A stretch of 64,000 nt of DNA from Vicugna vicugna (GCA_013265495.1 MU058824.1:3189111-3253110); one strand, 5' to 3'; positions 12,076 through 26,365 are shown, counted from the first letter of the stretch. The notes: generated by a model not told the origin, from the letters alone. Translations and numbers: made by a program.

Positions 12076-14749
12076 CCCCCAGCACACACACACTAACCAT
12101 TTCAAATACAGTCAAGATGGCCAAAAGATCCATCCTGAAAAGGGGCCAAAGACTTGGCTATTGGGACCTTCATGATAACACATTCTCCCTGGGGCCACCT
12201 GCTGCTACACAATATCCAGGTGCTGGACTGGAAGCCCATTAGGGCCTTTCCAGCTCAGAGATAATATGATCCTGAAGCCTTTAGTACCCCCATGACATTC
12301 AACGTGAAGTTCTTTCCCTCTCCATGGACTTGTTGGTTATTACAAATGCCTTGAACCTGCTAAGAACCTTTTGACAACCATCTGGATATGATTCAACAAA
12401 ATTGTGGAATGTAGGTTCAATGGCTAGGTTTGTTATTTTTACTATCAAATGAGCCATCAAATGTCATCACATGTCAACTAATTTTCAGTAGCATCTGGGC
12501 ATGTTTGATACCACAGGACCAAAAACAAAACCCACAGCAAGTACAGTGCTTGGGAAGTTCAGACCGACCGAGGACTCCCAGAACTGCTCAAATGAAGCAG
12601 CCTGTCACCCTGATGGACTGAGATTTGGCTCCATATGTCTGTGTCTCGGGAAGGAAGGCAGCATTCCAAATCTGTCATGCTAAAAATGAAACAAAACAAA
12701 CAAACAAAAAATAAGTAACAATCACAACTACAGCACAAGAAACTAGGAATGGCTTCCAAAGCTGGGCCCAAGACATGCTTCTACAGAGCTCCTTCCCCAT
12801 GACCTATGACATCAGGCTCTGTCCTGGCCAGAGAGATCTTGAGGTCTTCTCTAAAAGTCTCCACCCTTCCCATAGACTTGATACTGGCCATGAGCTTGTG
12901 GGCCCCCAAGTCCTTGCATTTCTCAAGTCTAGTTCCTGGGTCTTCAGATTTCTGCAGCCATTTCAGACCAAGGGATTTGGTCCAAAAATCAATGCCTTTC
13001 ACTCAGTTCATATCAAGCACCCTCTTTCTGCTTGACCCTGTGCTGGCTGTGGTAGAGACTGAGGTTAGTCAGACACAGCCCCTGCCCTTGGAGAGTGCAT
13101 TGTGCTATAGAGAGGATAAGACACCTAGATAAATAACTCCTGACCAATGTGAGGCAGAGCGTGGGGCCCATGAGAGAGAGATGTCTAACTGCTCCAGGGA
13201 GTCTACAAAAGGGCTCCTACCAACCAGCGGGGCAGTGTGTGTCTCGCTCATCTCTGCAGGGGGCTTGGGAACAGCTGATGGCTTGTCAGACAGCCAAGAA
13301 CACCAGGTGCCACCTGCCAATCAGAACCCTGTACAAGGGTTCAAGCCAATGGGCCACTCTGACCATTTAATTAAGCCCTGATTAAGCACTCTGTCCAGAA
13401 ACCTTCTCTCGCTCCTGTAGAATTGCCTGGTTTACAGCACACGATTCAGGGAATCGGGTCAGCTGTTTGGAGATGGCAGTCATTAGGAGTGGTGCCAACA
13501 ACTGTGAATGGATGCCAAATTGATTCAGAGATCACTGAAGACAACGGTGGGGCCCAGAAACCTAGAAACTCAGCCCAAATTAAGGTTCTGCCCCTGACCT
13601 CAGTAAAGTGTCCAGTTTGGGCCACCTCACTTGAAAAGGACATAGAGACCATCCTGGCTGGGAGCTTTGCCTGAGGGGAGAAGGATGCTCAGTGAGGCAC
13701 TATCTCTAAGGAAGAAAAACAAAACAGCTGACAACAGAGATTGGGTAAGTTATAGCACATCCTCTTTCTTGAATCCTTAAAAAGTACTAACCAGAAACCA
13801 TGTAACATTCCAGGAAAAGCGATCGTTTTGATGTAAGGTGTAAACTCTAGGCTATAAAGCCATATCTTTGCTTTGGATACAGCAGTGAAAGTGAAGCTGG
13901 GCAGAGGCAGGCAGGAGACAAAACAGCAAGTTTGAGTTGATGGATGCTGGGTTTGGGTTATAAACTTCTTTTCTGTTTCAATTTGAATTCCGATTATTAC
14001 TGTTTGTGCACAATGATACCTCATTAAGGATCAGAGAGACAATTTCTGAGAAGAGATTCAAAGCTCTGAGGGATGGAACAAAGGTTTCCTGGGAAGGGGC
14101 AACTTGGCAACCAAACACCTAAGCGTCAGCAGGGGCCCACCTCATTTTGTCCCCGCGCTGCCCTCTGTGGGACCTTCAGCAAGCCCTTTTTTCTTCCAGG
14201 ACCTCCATTTCCACCTCTAGATCTAGAGGGATTCTAAGGCCCCTGCCATCTCTGGTTCTGTGATTCTCTCTGGCAGAGAGATCAGAGGTCTGAAGTCCTC
14301 CCACATGGCAGACACCGGGAAACAGCCCACACTGGGGCCCCTCTGGCATGGACATCATAGGCACCATTAGCCCCCCACTCCCAATTTCCCAAGCCCAGAA
14401 CCCAGCATCCATCTGATGGTCTCTGTACTCTCCCACCAAACCCAGCCACCTTCCAACCCCTGTTGATGTGACCACCTAACTGTCCCTCTGAAGTCTCCAC
14501 TTCTTTCCACCCCCACTAGCATCATGCATGCTCAGGCCCATTGCCATCGCACATGCTCAGGCTCACATGCTAGCTTACGTGGATCACATGGCATCTGCTG
14601 CCGCCACTTCAGTCTTGCTCTCCTTCCCATCCATTTTCCACACCACAGAGAAATCTCTTTCTAAAATCTAAATCTGCCCTTGTCACTCCCCTGCATAAAA
14701 CTCTGTAATGTCACCCCATAACTTTTAGGATGATTTATTAGGATCTGTT

Positions 14750-14985
14750 GTGTAAGCTCTGGAGCCAGCCCTCCTGGGCTCATAGTGCAGCTCTGTTACT
14801 TACTAGGTCTGTGACTGTGAGCCAGTTACTTAACTACTGGGTGTCTCAGTTTCCCGACTGGTAAAATGCAGGTAACTATAGTACCTGCCTCACAAGACTG
14901 TTGTGAGGATTAATTAGTTAATGCATGTAAGCAGCTTAGAACAGTGCCCGGCATATGATAAGGACTCCATAAATGGCAGCTGCTG
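14750..14985 (+). mobile_element. MIR SINE, near full length
   Basis: ctctggagccag...ttacttaactactgggtgtctcagtttccc...gttgtgaggattaa...gcttagaacagtgcccggcata. Confidence 0.88.
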
Positions 14986-15202
14986 TTTTTATAGATTTAT
15001 AATTTTTACAGAACTTCAGGGCCTTACCCGTTCAAGGCCCCACCCAGCTCTCCAGCCACTTAACTTCCCTCTGTCCCACTGCTCTCCACCTCCCAGGGAG
15101 TCCAGCCCTACCAGCCTCTCCCACTTTGCTCTTGCCGCTGAGCCTTTGCACACGTCACTTCATTGCCAGGTACGCACTTCCCACTCCTGGTTTGTCTGGT
15201 TG

Positions 15203-15428
15203 ATTTTTTTAAGAACAGCTTTATTGAGATGTAATTCACATACCATAAAATTCATCCACTTGAAGCGTACGAGTCAGTAGTTTTTGTAGATTCAGGGAGT
15301 TGTGCAACCATCACCACAACCAATTTTACAGCATTTTCATCATCCCCAAAAGGAACCCCATACCCACTAGCAGTTACTCCTCATTTTCCCCTCAACAATC
15401 CCTCCCCAGCCCTAGGCAACCACTGGTC
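15203..15428 (-). mobile_element. L1 (L1MB-like) 3' end
   Basis: aacagctttattgagatgtaattcacataccataaaattcatccacttgaagcgtac...gttgtgcaaccatcaccaca. Confidence 0.9.
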
Positions 15429-16319
15429 TACCCCAGTTGATTTTTTTTTAGGTCTCAATTTACACCCTACTTATTAAGTTTTCTCTGACCTCCAACTCTG
15501 GGTTGGGTATTTCCATATGTCCATAGTTTCCCTCTCTCAGAACTGTGTATTTATATATATCTCCCTTGCTAGAACATAAGTTCCATGTGAGCCTGGCCAT
15601 GGTTGTCTGAGTGACTATGATTCTCCAGGGCTTAACAGATATTCAGTAAATATTGGTTGAATGATTGAAACTGATGGTACGAACCAGCCAAAGCCCAGGC
15701 CCTCTAAAGATAGCCCTACTGGAAAAAATCAACAGTAACAGAGTCTTCTCAAAACTACAAGCACTAGAAGTAACAACACATTAAACATTTATGACATTCA
15801 AGTTTCCTACAAGTATTCCCACTAGAGCCACCAGTAGAAATAGGCAGATCCTTGTAAAATGAGTTTGGCTCAGGTGCTTTAACAAAGTAAATCCATGAGT
15901 GAGAGGGAAAACAGCTTTGGAGTCTGAGTAAGAAGAAGCAAGAAAGACCCACAATTTAGGACTTCAATTTACTGAATTTATGTGACCTGGCATTACCAGG
16001 TCATAACTGAGTAAAATGAATACAAACACTCTTCTGTTTAAAAGAAAATGTTAGTCAAGAAAACCAAGAAGGAAGGAAGGAGTTCTGGAAGTTTTCTATA
16101 AAGCCATTCTGTTAAGCAATTTCTATTTTCTTGCACATTCCTCATTATAAAATTAGAGCTGTGTTCCCTTGGACAGTAATCTATGCTCTGGAAGCTTATT
16201 TCAAAATCCAATGACCATCAAAAGAAAAGCAATTACTTCCTAAATAAACATTAAGATGATTTTTCTCATATATCAACATACTGCTGCCGAACAGTTACAA
16301 CATAAAAACAAAAGCCTCC

Positions 16320-16930
16320 CCTACTCCGTCTCACACACTTCAATCTACTTCATACACTGGTGGCAGATTAATCTTACTAAAAGTACAGCTCTGGTCACAC
16401 CTTGCCCTCATTCAAAACCCTTCAATGGTTCCCCATTGCCTTCAGGATAGAGAACAAACTCTAAGTTGGTGTTTGAAGATCCTTCTCTTTTTGGCACTGA
16501 CCTACTTGTATGACCTCATTTCCTCCTAATCACCTTCAAATAACCCCTGATCCAAACAGAATGCACTGAGAGACCCTGCCATGCCTTTATCTTTTTTCTA
16601 CCTCTGCCTAGAATGTTCTTTACCAACCCCCAAACTCCCCATGTCAAAAGCCTGCTTACTTTTAACAGTCACTCAAATGCTCCTTCCTCCATGAAGTCTT
16701 CGTTGATGTTCTCCTGCGTAACACGTGCTCTCTACCACCTCTAGGCTTCCACAGCCCTTTTATTAGAGATGATCCTCATGTTATTTATCCATGGCTGGCT
16801 TATATTACAGTTGTTTCTAAACATAGTCTTTACTTCCTGATAAACTATAAACTCAAATACCTTTTCCCCTCACACTTGACATATGCCATGCAAATAGAAG
16901 GTACTGAAATACTTGCTGAATGAATGAATA
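16320..16930 (+). mobile_element. L2 LINE 3' portion
   Basis: aaaacccttcaatggttccccattgcc...tcaaatgctccttcctccatgaagtctt...acttgctgaatgaatgaat. Confidence 0.8.
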
Positions 16931-17130
16931 AAATTACAAATGATAGAAAACATAGCACAATACAGTCAGCAGCAGTCTAATTTATCACTGTCCTTAGAGA
17001 GGGAGCAAGTCTTGAAACTTAAGAAATATACCTCAGTGGTTGGAATGTTTTGTCTATCTGCAAACCTATTTCTATTGAAATCCCCTATTTACTTTTATTA
17101 TTTGTCCACAGATATTTCACTCCTGCTAGA

Positions 17131-17158
17131 TGTGTGTGTGTGTGTGTGTGTGTGTGTG
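17131..17158. repeat. (TG)14 microsatellite
   Basis: Perfect TG dinucleotide run. Confidence 0.97.
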
Positions 17159-17338
17159 ATGTATGTGATGATGTGAGGAAGCAAAGTAGAGTGAAGAAAG
17201 GAAATTATTATTAAAAATTGGCAAAAGAGAAGCTCTTTCTGTGGTAGAGAAAGCTCAAAATCTACAAAAGAGCCAAAGCGTGTCACTGCACTGGCTGTCA
17301 AACACAGGTATGGGGGGTATGACTTAAGCCCTGTCAGG

Positions 17339-17514
17339 CAGGGGTTCTCTGACTTCACTGACTATGGGATCACGAGAAGGCTTGTAAAAAAGACAGGTGG
17401 GTCCCACTGCCGAGTTTCTGTGTCTGTGGGTCTGGTCTGGGGTGGGGCTGAGATTTTGCATTTCTAACAAGCTCCAGGTAATGCTGTTAGGGACCTCACT
17501 CTAAGGATCAACTG
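17339..17514. mobile_element. MER5A-like MITE
   Basis: caggggttctc...ggtctggggtggggctgagattttgcatttctaacaagctccaggtaatgctg. Confidence 0.8.
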
Positions 17515-19339
17515 TGCAGACTAGAAAAGGAACCAAAGGATTCAAGGTAACAGGATCAGCTATGGTACATGGTTAGAAAATTCATTTTTAATTAGATTAA
17601 AACACACAGAAAAATTAGATCAGAGAGTGATTTCTCCTTCTCACTTGTAATTCTGAAGCTAAATTTTATGGGCTAAACCAAGGAGTTATGGAGAAGGGAG
17701 TTAAGAGACTTGGGTTCAAGTTCTGACTCTGTCACTAGCTAGCTGTGTAACCAAAGACCATTCATCACCCTCTCAGACATCACTGCACCATGTGAAACAG
17801 AGATATTCAACCTACAAACCTCTAGTGTGAGCTCTTACATCCTATGATCTCACAATTTTGAAAACCTGTTGGCAATTTAGTTCTAAAAGTATTTAATGAT
17901 CATCCCATCTATATATAAAGTGATTAAAGACACTGCAATTTGAAAACAAAACACATGAAATAATTACAAGTTAAATTTGAGAAGAACCTGTAACAAATAA
18001 ATTGCAATTATGAAGCCTGAAAGAACTTTTACTTAAATAGGTTTCACGCATAATAATAAGTGATCAAGAGCAAATATACCATGGAAACAGACTTAAAATA
18101 TACAGCAAAGATATTACAATTAAAAAAAAAACAAAACCTACCATTCCCTTTCTGAGAACAGTCGAGAGAAAACAGGACAGGTTACAGAATGAAAAAGCAT
18201 CAACTCACCAGTCGAGCAGAGCTGAAGGGAGTCCTCCAAGGAAAGAAATCTGCCCCTCTTCCCACTGCTGGCGCCTCCCTTCCATCCCAAGACTGTGCTC
18301 CTGGGCTTCCCAGCACACAGCTATTTTTAAAGACAAAAGGCCACATTCCCAAGATTGTGGCCACAAGAATGTGAATATCAAATGACCTTCCCATAGCTTG
18401 TCAATGAGCCCAAGTAAAACTGATTGCAGGCCCATATGGGCAAAGATGGATGGTCTCTGTGGCATGGGTCCTACTCATCTACTGATACTGGGCAGCTGCA
18501 GCTTTGCCCTCAACATGAATCTGGCCTCTCTCCTTTCAGCTCGACAAGCCCAGAAGTCCTCCAGGTGCCATTCTCATCCTCAAGGCCTCAGCCACTTGAG
18601 CTAGCCGAGAGAGGAAACCCTAGAGGTTCCTGAATAGCAAACTGGCCTCCTCTGTGCCAAGGGCAACACAGAAGGTGACGCCCAAGGTCTCATGAGGCGT
18701 CCACCTGATGGTTGTAAAGTTTATTCTGTGCCTGGTCTCCCACCGGTTCTGTCCAGCTGCCTTCCGTTCAGGTTAACAGCAACGGCATTAAGTCGATAAG
18801 CCTCACAGCATCCCAGGGAGGTAGGTCACCCTCAAGCACATTATCCCCCCTTAACAGATGGGGAAATGACGCCACGGGAAGATTAAATAACCTGCCTGGT
18901 CTCAACAGCCTGCCACAGGTGGAGCACTAGACGATCCCAGCCCCCATGCCAGCTCGTGAATGGAGACGCTCTGGACGAAGCCCTTTGAAGTTCTAGGGTT
19001 CCGGGCAGCATGGATGATTTGCACAACAGAGGACAAAAAAGAAATAAGCACAGAGGTAACCTTCTTAAAACCATTCCAATTGTCTTTCTCTTTCTGTGTC
19101 TCCCCAGAAGGCCATGAGAGAAGGATGATTTTTAATACACAAGTATTAGATGAAAGATGGTGTGGGTGCAATGAAAGGACAGAACAGGCCTGTAGGCAGC
19201 GAGGAGCCACCGGGATAGGATCAAAGGAGGGGTCAGGCTAAGCAGGGTTCTATCAATGACCCCTGTCCTCTGCAGGGTGCAGGACCCTGACCACACAGGA
19301 TCCTGCACAAACTGGTGAACGCTGGCATGAAATTATGCC

Positions 19340-19840
19340 TGTTTCATTCCCTGAAACAACAAGTACTTGCACATCTAACGTGGGCAAGTCACTGAGAGAG
19401 ACACAAAGATGAATCAAATCATCCCTGCAGTCAAGAAGCTTGAAATGTCACCAAGGAGTGTGCATAAATCACCAAAATACAAAGTAGAAATTAGGAAGGA
19501 CCACAACAGAAAAGCTTGTAGGAAGTCTGGGTTTGATGGTGGGAGATCACATTCAGCTGTGGATACAGCAGGATGAGATCAGGGCAGGCTTAGTGGAAGA
19601 GGTGACCAGGCTGTGGAGGACAGGAGAGGGAGACCTGCAGGGGTAGGGAGAAGGGCACTGGGGGCAGTGGCTGGAGAAGGGCATGGAAAGTGCATAGAAG
19701 GGAGATGGCACAGGGCTACCTGGATGTGGGGGACAAAGGGTGTATGAAGTAGGGTTGAGGGATTTAGGGTAGGAATGGCAGGTAGAAACCATCTCATAAA
19801 AGGCCTTAAGTGTGGGATTAAGGAGGTTAAATTTCACTGC
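19340..19840 (-). mobile_element. L2 fragment
   Basis: ttcattcc...caacaagtacttg...ccctgcagtcaagaagctt...ggcttagtggaagaggtgac...ggaggttaaatttc. Confidence 0.6.
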
Positions 19841-20333
19841 TAGCCACAGTTCTCAGCACTGTTCCTTGCTCACAGCAGGCATTCAATAGATGTTGGTGGA
19901 ACAAAATGCAAGAAGGCAATTAAATCCATGGAAGACACAGGGCAACTGTGAAAGAAGATGCCAAAAAAATTGCCTCAATTTTTGTTTTACATCAACTGAT
20001 ATCTAGTCAGGACAACTCCTAAGTTTAACTGTCTAAAATATATGCTATATTCTGCCCCAAATGGAGACCACAGTACCTGCCATCAGCTTCTCACTCAAGA
20101 ACACTATGAAAATTAATTATGAGGTAATGTCTGTGAAGTGCTCAAAGCTCTTTGGAGATGTGTGGCAAAAGGCATCACTACAATTAATATTTAAAGAGAG
20201 TCTACTCAGCTCTGATCTCTTTTTCTGCAGACTACTGTTACGTCCACAGGATAAGGTAATGCCAGATTGGCCTCTAAATAAACCTTTCCAACAGACAGCA
20301 CCCAACACAGGTGCCTCCTCCCGAGTCCCTTAC

Positions 20334-20540
20334 CTGTAGCTGATGGCGCCCATGGTCACAAGGTGAGGGTGGTTTCCAACTTGGTTATACCAGGTTACCC
20401 AGGGTTATCCAAGGATGCGGGGGCGAAAGGCAGTCTTTCTTGGGACCCCATTTTTTAAGCATGAGAGACAGTCTAATGAAGATTTCAAGGGGGATCATTT
20501 TAGCAAAACCCACATCCTAAGCCAGTTAACATTTTTAGAT
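20334..20540 (-). other. Candidate alternative 5' exon ending in accATGGGCGCCATCAGCTACAG|gtaagg
   Basis: Strong donor at 20334/20333, strong-Kozak ATG at 20353, possible acceptor after a pyrimidine tract at 20541; non-repetitive. Confidence 0.35.
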
Positions 20541-20819
20541 CTAACGCAGTGCCCAGGAAAGGAAGAAATAAGAATAGCTCCCTGGGCTCAATTACAAATG
20601 GAGTGGAAACAATAATTTCAAAAGTTCAAGGGGAAAAAAAATCAATCTATTTCCTTCTCCCCAAGCTTTCACTTCTATAAATACACTCACACAAATGGAC
20701 CTAAGACCACTCTTCCTTATGAAAACACTACCTGTCTGGAATTTGCAAGATAAATGATGTGCTGGTCTTGCTTTCAGCCCACTGAAGCTCAAATGATGTT
20801 CTCCAAAAGCTTCTCTCTT

Positions 20820-21480
20820 CTTCTTAAATAACATTCATTTTCACCCTCTGATTATAAAAGCGAAATGTATCTGGTAGAAAATTTTGAAATTTTTCTTGTT
20901 TGGAGAGAGAAAATAAAAAATATCCACTATAATCTATAACTTGCTCATTACCCTCCAGCCTTTTTGTGTGAGAATACACATTTTTGACATATTGAGAACT
21001 TACTGTATATGCTGGTTTATAGCTTGATTTTCCTCTTAGAACAATACACTATAAATATTTGCATGTCTCTTTATTATTCTATTCTTTTTTTTGATGTCGT
21101 ATAAATAGCAGCGCCATTTGTAAAGCTAATCCCCTATTGCTGGACATTTGGTTTATCTTAGCAAGGTCTGTATTACAAATAATGTTGAGATAAATATCTT
21201 TGCATAATACATCTCTAGTTAGTCTTTCAGGATAAATTCTCAGGAGCAGTGCTGCTGGGTGAAAGATCGTGGGCAAGTTTGTAAGGCTTTAAATGCAGCC
21301 ACCAGGTTGTCCTCCAGAAAGGTTATCCCAGTCTAACTCCTGTCAGCTCACTGATCCCTAACTGAATACATTTATAAAGGGAGTGTTGTTGCTTTTATTT
21401 GCAGTCCTTTGAATACTCTGAAGGCAGATTTTTCCCAAAGGTTTTGTGTCTACAGTACCTTTTCAGAGTATTTTTTAATT
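20820..21480 (-). mobile_element. Old L1 (L1ME-like) 3' region
   Basis: cccctattgctggacatttgg...ttcaggataaattctcaggagcagtgctgctggg...gtcctccagaaaggttatcccagt. Confidence 0.8.
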
Positions 21481-24400
21481 GTCTGCTTCTATTCATCAGA
21501 AAGACAACATCCTACTCCCTCTCCAAAGGGTGTTTCCCTCATCCCTTCTCCAAGGGAATCCTTGTGGTCTCCTTGCTCAGCATCTGCCACCCACATTTTC
21601 TCCTGGCTGCCCTTCACTCCATTTTCAACAAACATTTCACAATTCCAGCAATAAGTTAGACTAAGAACCCAATAATCAGTCATTTATTCCCTCATCCATC
21701 TATTCATCGGCTATCTGTTGGGGGTCTGAATGCTCCAGGAACCACACTGAGAGAGAAGTAGAAACAAAACACTCTGAGAAGTCAGGAAAGGGAAAGTCAA
21801 TGAGGCCCCCAAAGCAGAAGTACACTTGAAGTGAAAGACAACTCATAATTTTACTGGTAGGGGAGGGGACAGGAGAGGCTAGGAAAAGGGAATGGCACAA
21901 GCAAAGGTCCTGAGGCACGCTAAAGCATCACATGTTGAAGGGATGTTTTTCATTTAAGGCATGAGAATGATGGGCTGAGGACGAAACTGAAAAGTTAGCT
22001 TCTGCTGAATTCACCTGCTGAACTGCTCTCTTCCCTGCATCATGACTCTGCTTGTAATTCCTGGCCCATCTCCAATGAAGACAGACTCCTTCAAAAGCCT
22101 TCTTGAGAACCATCCTCACCATCCATCTCTCCACACTCTCTGCCTGGGGCAGGAATCCTGGCACTCACAGCAGTCTCCTCAGCAATCCCCAATGAACAGA
22201 TGACTCTGTTAGCTAATTCCTGAGCATAAGCCTTATCATTCCAGCTAGAAAGAACCTTCTGAATAATAATATATTCTCTAATACCCCTAGCCTCTCAACA
22301 TGGGGCTTAACTTATAATAGGCAATCAATAAAAACTTACAGACTCTAACCAAAGTAAACTGGGCAGAGTAAATACCAGAGAAGGGATGAGAGTGTACATG
22401 TTGCAGGCGTCTAACTCTAATCCAGACAGCCGGGAAAATTGAAACTGTCTTTGAAAATTAGCTTCTGGACACAATCATGGCAAAAGATGGATGAATTCTC
22501 TTCGGGACTGTAATTCTGCATCTACCTAGACATTTCTCAGGCACACAAATGGTACTTGTTAAACTGTGCTGCCTATTCCAAGAGCTTCTGTGCATAAAGG
22601 TCAATATATTCTGGAGATCCAAGTTTTTTTTTTCTTTGCAGGGAGGCAGGAGGAGAAGAGAGAAAAGAAGGCTCCCACTACAGGCCATCTCTGCTGGGAT
22701 TTTCCATACTGATCATTCCGATTCAAAGTGAAAATTCTAATGCCACCTGGCAGGAACCAGTCTCCATCATTCACGTGGGCAGCATTTCTACACAATTCTT
22801 CCATGAAGGCAAAGAACCTGTACATCCCTCAATGGCTGCTCTCTCCCTGTTCTGGTTCAGAGTCCCCCAGCTCTGGATTCATCTCCATACAGCATTCATC
22901 ACGCTGCTTTCCTTGTTTGTCCCCACAATGGGCCATGACCTCTACAAGGCTGATGACTGTTTTTCCATCCCTATGTGCCCAGGGGCCTAGAACATCACCC
23001 TCCACACAGTGGGCAATCAATCTTTGTTGTGGAATTAAATGATGTGCCAGGGCTAGAAAGGACCTTAGAAAGAACCCAGGCCACATATGGGAAATGGAGG
23101 CCCAGACAGGGGAAGGAACTTCTCCAAATACACACAGAGAGCTGCTGGTAATTAGGAGGTGAACGAGAGAAAGAAATCAAAGATATCAGCAATGCTCGAG
23201 GAGGAATTAGGAGGCTGAGGGGCTTGATGGACCTTGGAAAGGATGATGACTTGGGGGAAAACTGAGTTTGGTTTTGGACAGCCTCTAACACTCAGAACAA
23301 GTCTTATCTCTTTCTCCATGACAGCCCTTCAGATAATAGAAAAAGGAAATTAACATATATTGAATAGTTACCATGTGTCAGTGGAAAATAGCAATCCTGT
23401 CCTTCCTGTGTCTTCGTTTCCTCTAAGTTTTACACTCACAGATAATTGAGTAAATAAACAAGTAAATTATGTGCCTCATGTCACGCAGCTAGTAAACCCA
23501 AGTCTGACTGAGTTAAAAACCCAGGTGCTTTCTCCTGAACCCCACTGCCTCTCTGACCCTAGCCCTGAGGCTACAGGGTACCACGGAAGAGCCGGACAGA
23601 GTGAGTTCACAGGTAGGCTTGGCCATATCCCAGGACACCAGGCAGCAGCTTCAGAAGCTGAATGCTAGCTCTGCAGCCTCTCCACCCACACCGCCCCTCG
23701 CTAGCACTTGGCTGACAGGCTAGACCCACTGCGGGACCATGCATAAGACAGAGAAATACAGAGGCCCACATTTGCCCTTGACTTAGCTAGGATACTGCTG
23801 GTGACTGTGAAAGTAATGAGAGCAGCTAGGAGCCAGCTACCAGTCAGTCAGTCATCATAATCACAGTCCATTTCATCGTCAACACTGTAAGCCAAGCCTC
23901 TGCCTAGGACCGCGCCCCTTCTTGGCTCTGGATTGAACCAGGCTTGTCCCTGCCTGGGAGAAGCTCACGGTCCAGTAGAGCAGGTTACATGGAAACACCC
24001 CATTACCATATAGTCTGGCGAGTGTTATCTTGGAGGGATAACAGGCTGGGGTGGGGGGCTCCCCCAACCTGGAAAGGATTCCCAGACAAAGCAGACATTT
24101 TGATGTGGGGATATTTCCAATTGGCTATATCAAATAAGACTTGTCAAAGTGGGAAATTACTATTCTTTAAACCCAGCAAAAAAAAAATGAGAAACAGAAA
24201 TCTCTGAATTGCTCTCCCTCCCCTTCCCTTAGGGCTCCAAGCAGTGCAGTTGGAATATCTGCTTTATTAGATACTAAAGTCCCTTTCAAATCTGAGGTTC
24301 TTCCAGCTCAGGTCTGGTGGGATGAGCAGGAAGGGGGCAATCTGAGGCGCTAGTGGGGATACAACTAAGGGCACTTTGGGGTGTACTGCTCTGTCTTTCC

Positions 24401-25529
24401 CCTAAGGGCTCAGTTCAAATGCCAGTCCCTCCTGAAAGCCTTCCTGGATCTCACTCAAGGCATGGCCAGCCCTCTGCTGGGCTCTGCTGAGTCTCTGTAG
24501 CACCCTGTCCCACACCGACTTGCTGCAGGCCGGGCAGGGACTAACTGACCTGTCTCCTCCCTCCTCCCCTCCCACTCCTGCCTGCATCCCTGCACAGTCC
24601 TTTCTTAGGAAAGCACACTGAACTGAGTGGAGCAGTGGTCCAGGAGGATGCTTTGGGCAGGTGTGAGGTGGTAATCCTGGAGCAGCCATGAGCAGAGCAT
24701 CTGGAGCTGCTCAGTGCCAGGTCCTCCCAGGCCACTGTCTTCCCTCTGCTTCCTCTCAGCTCCACCACCCGTTTCAGCAGACCCAACACTCTCACTTGCC
24801 CTAGGCCTTTCTGGCACTCTGGAATGTCAAGTGCAAACAAAGTCGTGCACACTCTTTTTGGAGAAAAGCATATTTTGCTGTGCCTTACATTTGGAAAGCC
24901 CATTAGCCAGCAGCTGATGGAAGACCCCGCTTAAAAGATCGTGGAACCTCATCTAGCTGAAGGGCAAGAAGATGACACTACAATGCACTTGCAAGGCTGC
25001 AAAGTAGCATTTCCTGATTTTTTACAGAAAGAGATATGTACTTGGGCACTGAGAATATAAATTATTTCCCTCAAGTTCAATGAGCCAATCTCATACTAAA
25101 TTAGAGGGGAAATGCAGGGACATTAAGTCTTCCTGTATGTGTCTCTTCTCTACCCAGAGCACGTTCGTTCACTGTGGGAACTCCTCTAAGTCTAAGAACT
25201 GGTAATGAATATTTTAACAGGCACAGCTTCTCCTTCCCATTGATAAAAACTCCACCGACTAGCCAGAGCATGCTGGGGAACATGAGGGAGTGGACCAGAA
25301 ACACCTGCGTTTTCCTGGGCAGCCTAATCCCTGAGCCCCTCCCACATCTGTGGGCCAGGGATGATTTGAGCAGCCTTGGCATCCTCAGAGCAGCAGCCAT
25401 GATGCTGAAGGAAGGAAGAAACATGAAACATGCAGAATAAAGACCTGAGGCTGGTGATCCTGGAGAGCTGGGTGGGTCCAAATATGATTGAGAGAAAAGA
25501 CAGTTATGTAAGTAAAACAAGTAGAGAGC

Positions 25530-25810
25530 CAAAGACTGAATGGTGGCCTGCCAAAAAAATATGTCCACACCCTAACTTGGAAACCTGGAAATATTATCTG
25601 ATTTGGAAAAAGGGTCTTTGCAGATGGAGTTAAATTAAGGATCTTATCCTGGGTTATCCAGATAAGCCTTGAATACAATGACAAGCGTCCTTGTAAGAGT
25701 GAGGCAGAGGAAGATTTGACAGACAAAAGTGAAGGAGGCAATGTGACTAAGGAAGCAGAGATTGGAGTGATGCCAACTGACCCAGAGCCATTCCACATCA
25801 GCCACTGTCT
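25530..25810 (+). mobile_element. MaLR LTR (MLT1-type), partial
   Basis: agactgaatggtggcc...atttggaaaaagggtctttgcagatggagttaaattaaggatctt...gtccttgtaagagtgaggcagagg...gcagagattggagtgatg. Confidence 0.88.
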
Positions 25811-25959
25811 GGGACACTCCTCCACAGCCCACCAGGTCTGACAGCAACAGGCATGCAGCTCCCCAGTGGCCCAGTGTAGAGCCCAGAAGAGGAAGCTGAT
25901 AGCAAACTCTGAGAGACCCCTAGAGAGCCTAGCTGGGCCTCAGGCGTGTTGATGTTAAG

Positions 25960-26365
25960 ACAGACTCTGAAGTGAGGCTGCTGTGTCTCACTCTGGGCTG
26001 GTCAGACTCCACCTGCACAACTGCATCCAGTTTTTAACTCCATCCTTTCCTGGGGACATTCTGACTAAAGAAGTGAAGACTCGGGGACCTGATCCCTGTC
26101 TTTCAATGTCCAAATGGCTTAAATGGCTGTCACAGGGAAGAAGAAATAGATTTTTGTGTGAGGCTTCAAAGGGCAGAATCAAGGTCGATGGAGCAGCCAT
26201 TGCCTGGAGGAAGAGTTTCGTTCATCATAATGAAGAACCTTCTAATAATCAGAGCCAACTGACAATGGTCTAGGAGTGCCTCAGGGATGGGCAGGTCCGA
26301 GCAGAGGCTGGGTGTGCTAGGGAAATTCCTGCACCAGACAAAGGCTGCATTTGATCTTCTCCAAA
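25960..26365 (+). mobile_element. L3/CR1-like LINE fragment
   Basis: ctctgggctggtcagactccacctg...catccagttt...gggcagaatcaagg...gaagaaccttctaataatcagagc. Confidence 0.6.

Larger units (their letters stand above)
14480..15670 (+). mobile_element. L2 fragments with nested MIR and L1
   Basis: L2 motifs ccattttccacaccacag, ctaaatctgcccttgtcactcccctgc, gagcctttgcacacg, and terminus cagtaaatattggttgaatgattgaa. Confidence 0.65.

Noticed and set aside
20334..20353. N-myristoylation signal in MGAISY
   Set aside because: Position 6 is Tyr rather than the preferred Ser/Thr, and the exon itself is unproven
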